Below are positions 9,210-17,700 of a stretch of 25,473 bases of DNA, one piece after another (within the stretch, counting starts at the first letter, position 1; each line of letters starts with the position of its first letter). The notes below the pieces were generated by a model. The model was given only the letters and a program-made list of their open reading frames with translations, did not search any database and had not been told where the DNA came from. Location of the stretch: positions 1-25,473 of IMG/VR virus record IMGVR_UViG_3300033067_000311; one strand, written 5' to 3'. This stretch comes from a virus (Duplodnaviria; Caudoviricetes). A program made the position numbers and the translations under genes.

Positions 9210-10940
9210 ATGGCCTACATCTTCGTCAACTCGTTCAAGCAGGGACTTGACGCCCGTCGTTCAAAAATCAGTGCCCAGCAGGGCAGTTTGGTAAAAGGCA
9301 AAAACGTCCATATCAACCGAGGCGGCGAGATCGAGAAACGCAAGTCGTTCGTCTCGAAGTTCGCACTACCGTCCAACACGTTCGGTCTGCACGCCACGCG
9401 GTCGAAACTCTACGTCTTCGGGTCGATCACTCCGCCGGTGATGCCGACTGGTGTCACCTACCAGCGACTCGAAGCCCCCACTTCCCCCGCGATGACCGAA
9501 GTCATTTCCACCGACACCTACGGTGGAGTGCCCTACGTCGTTGCCCGCTACGCCAACGGCGCAATCCATCATTTTTACAACGGCGTGCGCGTCACCGATT
9601 GGGATTCGATGGTGGGCGATTGCTTCACGCTCGGGCAGGCACTTGCTGAGTTGGTGACGCTGGCTCCGGCTGTGTCTGCGGCATACGCTCCCGTCGCTGG
9701 CAAGGCGACAATCACGATTACCGCCGACGTGCCAAACGTGGCGTTCACGGTGTCATCCACGGTCGTTGGACTGGACGGATCGGCCCCGAGCATTGCCATC
9801 GTCAACACGGCGGTCGCCGGGCTTGGAGTGGCGCAAATCTCCACCATCACCCTGACGGTTGGCACCGCAGACACGGATCAGGTGGCATGGACGATCATCG
9901 TCAACGGCGTGACCTACATTATGTCCACCGGCGGCAGTGTGACGGGCAGTTCAGTGAGGACATTCCGCAGCAAGATGTATGCGACGGGGGTGGGTCTGCT
10001 TTATTTCTCCGACACCGGCGATCCTACCGAGTGGACGCCCGCCCCCACCGTGCCGACATCGTTTGCCGGGTTTGAAAATCTCTCGTCGCAGACAGGTCAG
10101 GCAGACTTGCTGGTGGCGATGGCACCTTACCAAAATTACCTCGCCGTGTTCGCGCGCCGCGCCACGCAGATTTGGGCGGTTGTCCCCGGCGATCCGGCAG
10201 ACAACGTGCCCGCGCAGATTCTCGATAACATCGGCACCGTCGCCCCGCGCAGTGCGATCAACTTTGGCGAGCTGGACGTGTTTTTCCTGTCAGACACCGG
10301 CATCCGCAGCCTGCGGGCACGGGACGCATCCAACGCCGCTGTCGTGTTCGACGTGGGGACTAGCATCGACCCGCTTGTCATCGCCCGCATGAAGACGCTT
10401 TCCGAGGCGAACCTTGCCAAGTGCTGCGGCGTGATCGAACCGCGCGAGGGTCGCTACATGCTGGCCATCGGCACAGAGGTCTTCGTCTATTCGTTCTTCC
10501 CTGCGTCCAACATCTCCGCATGGACGACCTACGAGCCGGGATTCACTGTGAGCGATTGGGCCGTGCAGGAAAGCAAACTCTACGCCCGCAGCGGCAATAC
10601 CGTGTATCTCTACGGCGGCGACGGCGGCGACACCTACGATACCAGCGTGGCAGAGGTTGAGCTGTCCTGGCTGGACGCCGACAAGGCCGCGCACCGCAAA
10701 CGGTTTCACGGGCTTGATGCGAGCTGCGAGGGAACGTGGCAGATCGACTACTCGCTCGACCCGGTGAGCAATGAGTTTGCACTGGCTGGGCATGTCATCG
10801 GCCAGAATTTCAGTCTCCCGTCTTTCGGACTCGCCGGCTACGGGACGCATATCGGGTTCAAATTCACTTCATCTGATGCCTCAAACGCTAAAATCTCCTC
10901 GTTCGCGTGCCACTTCGAGTTCACGGAACCGCCGAAGTAA
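9210..10940 (+). CDS. tail nozzle / tubular protein B (P22 gp10 / T7 gp12 analogue)
   Basis: 576-aa beta-rich protein with F-x-x-GLD...NVHINRGGEIEKRK N-terminus, LYFSDTGDPTEW, VFFLSDTGIRSL and ISAWTTY propeller-like motifs; synteny. Confidence 0.85.
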   Translation: MAYIFVNSFKQGLDARRSKISAQQGSLVKGKNVHINRGGEIEKRKSFVSKFALPSNTFGLHATRSKLYVFGSITPPVMPTGVTYQRLEAPTSPAMTEVISTDTYGGVPYVVARYANGAIHHFYNGVRVTDWDSMVGDCFTLGQALAELVTLAPAVSAAYAPVAGKATITITADVPNVAFTVSSTVVGLDGSAPSIAIVNTAVAGLGVAQISTITLTVGTADTDQVAWTIIVNGVTYIMSTGGSVTGSSVRTFRSKMYATGVGLLYFSDTGDPTEWTPAPTVPTSFAGFENLSSQTGQADLLVAMAPYQNYLAVFARRATQIWAVVPGDPADNVPAQILDNIGTVAPRSAINFGELDVFFLSDTGIRSLRARDASNAAVVFDVGTSIDPLVIARMKTLSEANLAKCCGVIEPREGRYMLAIGTEVFVYSFFPASNISAWTTYEPGFTVSDWAVQESKLYARSGNTVYLYGGDGGDTYDTSVAEVELSWLDADKAAHRKRFHGLDASCEGTWQIDYSLDPVSNEFALAGHVIGQNFSLPSFGLAGYGTHIGFKFTSSDASNAKISSFACHFEFTEPPK

Positions 10941-10947
10941 GCCCCGC

Positions 10948-11448
10948 ATGGTGCTTGGCCCGGTGGAATATGAGTCACTGTGCTACATCGTGCGCAACAT
11001 GCGCCAGCTTGACCGTGACGAGATATTCGCCACACACTTCCCCGTTGGGGACGAAAGCCCGCTGACCAACGACGACTTAATGGTCCAGCAGACCTACGAC
11101 GCAGCCACCCGTGACGGATGCGGCTGGGTCGCCAGCATCAACGGAGAACCCGTTGCGGTATTGGGGATTACAATGATGTGGCCGGGAGTGGCGTCTGTCT
11201 GGATGTATGCCACAGACAGTTGGCCAAAAGTCGCTTTGGCATTGACCCGCTGGGCGAAAAAAGCGATTTTCCAGATCATGCGTGATGCCAACATACACCG
11301 TGCTCAGTGCTGGAGTCTGTCTGGCCACGACATCGCCCATCGTTGGCTCAGACACCTGGGCGCGACAGAAGAGTGCATCAGCCCCGGCTACGGCAGGGAG
11401 GGTGAAACATTCCACCTGTTCGCGTGGTCAAGGGGAAGGGATTTTTAA
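10948..11448 (+). CDS. GNAT-fold-like virion assembly protein (T7 gp13 analogue)
   Basis: NMRQLDRDEI, GEPVAVLG, PGVASVWMYAT, AHRWLRHLG and YGREGETF motifs; lies between nozzle and ejection genes. ATG 10948 avoids overlap with the nozzle gene. Confidence 0.75.
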   Translation: MVLGPVEYESLCYIVRNMRQLDRDEIFATHFPVGDESPLTNDDLMVQQTYDAATRDGCGWVASINGEPVAVLGITMMWPGVASVWMYATDSWPKVALALTRWAKKAIFQIMRDANIHRAQCWSLSGHDIAHRWLRHLGATEECISPGYGREGETFHLFAWSRGRDF

Positions 11449-11450
11449 TC

Positions 11451-12131
11451 ATGTGCTCATCATCCAGTTCCAAAAAATCCGCAAAGGCTTCCGAGGCGCT
11501 TGCAGCCGAGCAATTTGCATGGCAGAAAGAGCAGGCCGCAAAGGTTGAAGCTGACGCCGCTGCCCGTCGCGCCGCGATGACCACCGGACTCGGGCAGATC
11601 AACTCGCAGTTTTCCGGCTTTGATGATCGCTACTACAAGGGGTTGCAGGACAACTACCTTTCTTACGCAAACCCGCAAATCCAACAATCACAGGAGCGGG
11701 CGCAGACAGGTCTGCGGTCGGCGCTTGCCAACAAGAGCAAGCTCAAGTCCTCGACGGACGCGGCGCAACAAGGCGAGCTTGCCAACACCTACGGCGGGAT
11801 TTTCCGCGATGCGCAATCAAAGTCGCTCGACTACGCCAACCAGCAGCGCAACCAGGTGCTTGCCGCCAAGCAGAACTCGATTGCGCAGATGTATGGGTCT
11901 GAGTCGCCCGACGTGGGATTGCAGGCTGCCAGCGGGGCAGTGGGGGCATTGCAGACCGGCCCGGCATTCGAGCCGATCAGTTCGCTGCTCGGGCAAGCCG
12001 CCCGCTACGCGACGATGGATTACAACAACTCGCTTTGGAACGGCCAGTCCTACGGCGTGTTCAGCCCGATGTTCAACAACAAGCAGTCGTCCGCGACGGG
12101 CGGTAGCAGCCAAGTCAAAACCATCAACTAG
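11451..12131 (+). CDS. internal virion / ejection protein 1, 226 aa
   Basis: Starts MCSSSSSKK. Ala/Gln/Ser-rich helical composition; position in the ejection cluster. Confidence 0.7.
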   Translation: MCSSSSSKKSAKASEALAAEQFAWQKEQAAKVEADAAARRAAMTTGLGQINSQFSGFDDRYYKGLQDNYLSYANPQIQQSQERAQTGLRSALANKSKLKSSTDAAQQGELANTYGGIFRDAQSKSLDYANQQRNQVLAAKQNSIAQMYGSESPDVGLQAASGAVGALQTGPAFEPISSLLGQAARYATMDYNNSLWNGQSYGVFSPMFNNKQSSATGGSSQVKTIN

Positions 12132-12133
12132 CC

Positions 12134-12934
12134 ATGTGCGAACCAGTCAGCATTGGAACCGTTCTTTCTATTGCCTCCATCGCAGCGGCGGCAGGCGGAA
12201 CCGCGCTTTCGATGAGGGCATCGAACGCGCAACAATCGGCGGCAGCCAGCGCGCGTCTCAAGGAGGTGCAGCGTCAGGGCGACATCATGCGAGACCAGAT
12301 TCGTCTGCAAGACCAGCAGCGCGAGGACGCATTGAATGCCCGCAAGGCGTTTCAAAACGAAACACTTTCCGCCTACACGCCAGACAAGCTGGCATCAGAC
12401 ACGGCAGCCAACCAAAACCCGTTGGCGGCGGCACTTGCAGCCGCGGGTGATCGAGCAGCGGCACCGCTTGCGGCAGACGCCACCCGCGCCACTGGCTCGG
12501 TGCAGGTTGAGAATGCCGGGCAAGGGCAAGACTCGCAGAAAGCGGGTTCATCCGCCTACGATGCCCAGCTTGCCGCGCAGTTGGCGCGCGCCAGCGGCAT
12601 CAACCAGCAGCAGTCGTCGGCGCAGGCAGCTATGCAGGCACTCACGCATGCTCGCATCACCGGCAACCAACGCCTTCAAGACAGTGCGAACGCGATCCAG
12701 CTCGCCGGCGCCCGCACGCAGGCACTCAACCGCCCGCTCGCCGCGAACAACCTGCTCTCGAACGCATCGGCGCAATACTACGGGTCGCAGCAAGAGGACG
12801 TGCTGAACAAAGGCGCTGGCACGGCTCTCGCCGGTCAGGCACTCAGCACGCTCGGCACCATCGGATACAGCTACGGCAGCCAAGGAGCGTTCAACAAGCC
12901 ACCGAAAGCCATCCCTGTCTCACCACAAAACTGA
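12134..12934 (+). CDS. internal virion / ejection protein 2 (T7 gp14-like)
   Basis: MCEPVSIG N-terminus with a hydrophobic Ala/Gly stretch, Ala/Gln coiled coil and Gly-rich C-terminal segment. Confidence 0.75.
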   Translation: MCEPVSIGTVLSIASIAAAAGGTALSMRASNAQQSAAASARLKEVQRQGDIMRDQIRLQDQQREDALNARKAFQNETLSAYTPDKLASDTAANQNPLAAALAAAGDRAAAPLAADATRATGSVQVENAGQGQDSQKAGSSAYDAQLAAQLARASGINQQQSSAQAAMQALTHARITGNQRLQDSANAIQLAGARTQALNRPLAANNLLSNASAQYYGSQQEDVLNKGAGTALAGQALSTLGTIGYSYGSQGAFNKPPKAIPVSPQN

Positions 12935-12938
12935 TCCC

Positions 12939-14741
12939 ATGGACTACCGCACCGCAGCAGCACTCAGCCAGAACATCGCCGGGATCGGTGACATGTTCAT
13001 GCAGATCAACGATCCAGCCACGCGCGCCCGTGCGGCACTGATGGGAAACCAGAACGCATTGCTTGGCGCGCAAGTGCGCGGCCAGGACATCGAGAACCAA
13101 TATCGACCCGGCATGTTTGCCGCGCAGACAGACGCCTACCGCGGCAGCGCGGCCAATGCGTTTGCCGGAGCGCGGTATGAGGATTCACGGGCACAAGGCC
13201 AAGGTATCCAGAATAAGGCTGGCCAGGCATTGCTCGACGGGTTCATGCAAGTTCCGACAACCAGTTACTCCCAAGGAGGAACCGCCGGACCCGACGAGAT
13301 GACCGACCCGTGGACGGAAAAGGGATACAGCGCGACAGGTAAGAATCTCAGCCCCGGCGTAGTGGCTGTAAATCCCAGCGTTCATCCGCTTGGCACGGTG
13401 TTTCAAGGGCAAGACGGAAAAACCTACATCGCCGCAGACAAGCACGGGAACAAAGACCCGAACGTGGTGGACATCTACCGATTGCCGCAGGAATACCAAG
13501 CGCAGTCAGGCCCGCAAAACCTCCGCGTCGTGGGCCGTGAGAAAATCCCCTACGGCACGACTGCCGACCAGCTTGCTGCCATGCGCGCCAAGTATGAGCG
13601 TGATGCGGCACTTTCGAACATCTTCGCTGGCGGCGGCGCGGCAGACCTTGCCACAGGCACAGCCAAAATGGCGGCGCTCAACGCGCCAGACGAGATGGCT
13701 GCCCGCCGAGCGCTTGCCGCGCAGGGAGTGGCGATGAACCAGGGAGAATACTTCGATCCGGGGATGTCCGACGCCTTCCAAGGCCGCGCGCTGCAAGGCG
13801 ACTTGAATCAGGAGGCATTGCGCCAACAAGGAGCGATGGACCGCACCGCGGCAGACAACGACCTCAAGGCACGGATATCCGTGTTCGATGCCATGACCGC
13901 CGGCGGCGGCACAACTGCCGGATCATCCACCGGCGGCCGCGGTCGATTCAATGCGTTCGATGGGGCAAAGGAAATTGGAGGCGCGACCGTCGCAAGGTTC
14001 GCGCTCGATGGTGCGACCGTCAGCCAAGAAGATCTACCGAAAGCCCAAGCATGGGCAACCTCTGTATCCACGCTCACCAGTCAAGGTGTCCCGTTTGAGA
14101 CTGCAAAGGCGATTGCCGACGCGCACCACGGACTGCCGACGATGGAGGACGGCTGGTTCTCGTCTCCTCGCCAGAACTACGGCGCGTTCAACGCCACAGC
14201 GATCACGCCGGAACAAGCGGCTGAGACCGCGGCCAGGTATGGTGTCGGTGGAAGTGGTGCGGCCGGGCCAGACATGCAGCGGATCATGTCAGCCGCGCAA
14301 GTCTTCGGGTATGGCGGCGGCCAGCAACAACCTGCCGCGCAACCGCAACCGCGGCCGCCGGGGCAACCCGCCGATCCAGTTCCACAGACAGGCGCGGACA
14401 AACCCGCCCGCGCAAGCGATGCGTTCAAGCCATTGGAGGGCAAGAACGACAAGAAAGACCGTGAGACACGGGAGAAGCGGGCAAGGCAGATTGAAAGCGA
14501 GATCAAAACCATCACGTCACGGCTAAAGACCAAGACGGTATCAAGCGGCGGAGTGGCTGGAGCTTACGGATTCAACTCTCAAGCATCCCCCACGAGTCGT
14601 CCGATGGACAACGACGAATACAACGCCAATCTCGCAAAGCTCCAGAAGCTCGAAGGCGACCTCGCCACGCTCAAGTCGCCGGCGAAGGCGACCACGAACG
14701 GCGTGCGGAAATACAACCCGGCCACCGGCACCATCGAATAA
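12939..14741 (+). CDS. internal virion / ejection protein 3 with 3D (MltA-like) muralytic domain, 600 aa
   Basis: TTSY...SATGKNLSPGVVAVNPSVHPLGTVF...YIAADKHG...VVDIY matches the 3D-domain pattern (TAY...TASG...IAVDP..IPLGT...A.DTGG...IDI). The rest is Ala/Gly/Gln-rich. Confidence 0.75.
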   Translation: MDYRTAAALSQNIAGIGDMFMQINDPATRARAALMGNQNALLGAQVRGQDIENQYRPGMFAAQTDAYRGSAANAFAGARYEDSRAQGQGIQNKAGQALLDGFMQVPTTSYSQGGTAGPDEMTDPWTEKGYSATGKNLSPGVVAVNPSVHPLGTVFQGQDGKTYIAADKHGNKDPNVVDIYRLPQEYQAQSGPQNLRVVGREKIPYGTTADQLAAMRAKYERDAALSNIFAGGGAADLATGTAKMAALNAPDEMAARRALAAQGVAMNQGEYFDPGMSDAFQGRALQGDLNQEALRQQGAMDRTAADNDLKARISVFDAMTAGGGTTAGSSTGGRGRFNAFDGAKEIGGATVARFALDGATVSQEDLPKAQAWATSVSTLTSQGVPFETAKAIADAHHGLPTMEDGWFSSPRQNYGAFNATAITPEQAAETAARYGVGGSGAAGPDMQRIMSAAQVFGYGGGQQQPAAQPQPRPPGQPADPVPQTGADKPARASDAFKPLEGKNDKKDRETREKRARQIESEIKTITSRLKTKTVSSGGVAGAYGFNSQASPTSRPMDNDEYNANLAKLQKLEGDLATLKSPAKATTNGVRKYNPATGTIE

Positions 14742-14743
14742 TC

Positions 14744-17700
14744 ATGCCACAGATCATCGAAGTCCCCGGAATGGGCCATGTGTCATTTCCAGACGGGATG
14801 ACCGATGCAGACATTTCCGCGGCTATCCAGCGGAACATGGCGCCCAAGGGTCTCGATTTTTTCGACCCGCTTTCCCCGACTAGCGTCAAGCGTGCCGCAG
14901 ACAGTCGGACGCCGCCGGACGTACCCAGCATGGGCGGGTCGTTCGCGCGCGAGGCAGCGCGATCCGTTGGGCCGGGTCTTGTCGGATTCAAGGCGGGTGC
15001 CGCATCCGGTGCTGCCCTTGGCGCGGCAGGACTCAACCCGGTGACGGTTGCGGCTGGCGCGGTGATCGGCGGTGTCGGCGGGTTCATGCTCAGTCGCAAG
15101 GTGTCAGACGAGGTGGCTGATGCCATCGCGCCAAACTCGTTCATGGGCACCAAGTCAGCGGAAGCCGACATGGCAGCGAACAAGTGGTCCACGATGCTCG
15201 GTGGCGCCATTGGCGGCGGCGGTGCTCCAGGCCCGCTCCGCGGTGTCACAGCAATCCCGAAACTTTTCACCACCGGCGGCAGACAAGCACTCACCGCCGG
15301 CTTGCGCGAGGGCGCGCCATTGGCAGCCCGCCAGGCATCGAGCGACATCATGGAGCCGCTGATCGGAGCGGGTGTCGGCGCGGGTCTTGGCGCTACGCAT
15401 GGAGCAGATGCCGCTGGCGTGGCCGAGCAAGCAGGGCTTGGACTGATTTTCAACCGCGGATGGATGCACCGGGTAGGTCGCACGCCGCAATCACTTCCCA
15501 CGGATTCGCAGAATGGTGTGCAGGGAGAACCTGCAACGGGGTCGTTGGCGGGAGACGGCGTTATCCCCCATGAAACAAATGCGGCCGTGGGAACTCGTGA
15601 CAATCCATCGCGCGCTTTCGCGATCATGGAGGCGAACGCGCTTGCCAACCGACTCAAGACCGGACAACCGCTGGAGACACCAACCCCCCCCGCCGCGCCG
15701 GAACCGCTGACATTCGATGGCGGTCCCGTCGTGCGCGGGCCAGTGGTGCGTGGTCCAGTTGTCGAGGGGCCAGTCGCGCGCGGTCCGATTGTCGAGGGGC
15801 CGCGTGGTCCGGTCGTCGGTGAAGCCATGCCCCGCGAGGCATGGCAAGGACCGCTCGCGCCGCGCGTCGAGGGACCACGAGTGCGCGGGCCGCAGATCGA
15901 CTCCCCGACAATGGATGGCCCGCTTGCCCCGCTCGTTGAAGGTCCGCGTGTGGGCATGGACGCGCCAGTCATCGCGCGCCCGCTGGCTGTCCGTGCCCCC
16001 GAGGTGCTCGCGCCGGATGGTCCGACGATGCTTGGCCCATCCGTTGACCGGCCGTTCGTCGATGGGCCACTCGGTCAAGAGGTGCTTGGGCCGCCCAAGA
16101 TCAAAGTGGGGCAGGACATTTTCACAGACACAGACAGCCCGTTGGCATCAACCCGGCTTGACCCCGCGTCAAGGCAACTTGGCGGCAAGCCATTCAACTC
16201 GACCGACATCGCTGCCCGCTTGCGAGCGCCGGCAGAAGCCCCCGCAGCGCCGGAGCCACCCGCGCCCGCTATCGCGGCGGAGGTCTCGCGCCAGATTGGC
16301 AACCAACAGTTCAACTCGACGGACGTGGCCGCGCGGATGCGCGCGCAACAGGAGGTTCAACCAACTATTAGCCCCGAGGCTAAATCTCCATCACTGCCTG
16401 ACGTGCCCGCCGTGCCCGCTACGCCAGAAGTAGCTCCACTCAAGGGCACCGTCGCACTGGCCACCGGCAGGCTGAACGCCGCTAAGAACCAACTCGCCAA
16501 GCTCGAAGCGAGCGGCAAGGCGACACCGGATCAACTCGCCAAGCGGCGTGCGTCCATCGCCACGCTCGAAGCGCAGATCAAAGCCGCACAACCGGACGCC
16601 CCCAGCAGAGAACGGGAACTTCAAAAGCGGGTGAGTGAGGTGCATGACTCCGGCGAGTTCGATCTTGTCGGTCGTATCCGCGAAATGGGTGGATTTGCGC
16701 CGCAAGGTAAGGAGGCTGGGCTGATCGAGGTGAACGCCCGCCGCGGTAGAAAACTCAGCGAGAAAAACCGCAAGGTGGCTGCCGGGTTCGGTGAGACCCG
16801 CGATGACGCGGCCCGCGCAAGCGACTTCCCTGACACGCCTGGTGGCAACCTGGCGGCGGCCACGCTGCGGAGTCTTCACAACAAGTCATCGACAGCACTG
16901 ACCGCGGACAAGATGGCCGAAGCTCTTGGCATGACAGTCCGCGACTTCCATGCGAAGCTCAATGCGGAGCTGGAGAGCATCCACCGCAACAACGGACCCA
17001 AGGCGAACGAGTATGACGTGCTGATGGCGCGCCAAGAGCGGCAAGCTGTCGATCTCGAGAAGGCTGTGGAGAACTCTCACCCTGATGACATAAGCACTCC
17101 TCGTGCGGAGGGTCTGGAAAAAGGTGACACGTTTGTCATCGACGGTGAACCGATCAAGGTGATCGAGTCAGACGGTGAGACCGTCACGCTCCGCGATGGC
17201 GAGCGGTTCGGCGAGCAGACGGTATCAAATGATACTCCGATCCCGATTGAAAAACTGACATCGCCCGCCCGTGTCCGCACGGCAGAGGAAATTGCCGCGC
17301 AGAAGGAGATGGATGCGGTGGCCGACAGCGAGGCGCGGGCACGCGCAGACTCGGAAATCCCCGCGGATGATGCTATTGCAGCAAAAAATGCGGAGGATAG
17401 TTCCGCGGAGTCCGCGAAAGTCGCAGACGACTTCGCACTCAAAGCGCATGAGTCAGACGCCGAGATTCTCGCAGAGAAGAAAGCGGCAGAGCAGAAAGCT
17501 GAACTTGCCAAGCGTCAGTCGGCACGCCTCAAGGGTGACGCCGGCGACCTGACGCCTGACATCTTCGGTGAAGGTGACACCCCGCTGTTCAACGAGCACC
17601 GCGACACGCCGCAACAGAAGTCGATACTCGACGGTCTCAAGGCGCACCGCGACGACGTGGACAACTGGCTGAAAAGCGAGAAGAAGTCGGGCCGGTTGAA

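Noticed and set aside
14671-15972. 433-aa minus-strand ORF with GPRTT/GPST repeats
   Set aside because: It is the antisense shadow of the GP-repeat region of the 1955-aa gene; high GC and GGNCC codon symmetry explain it.
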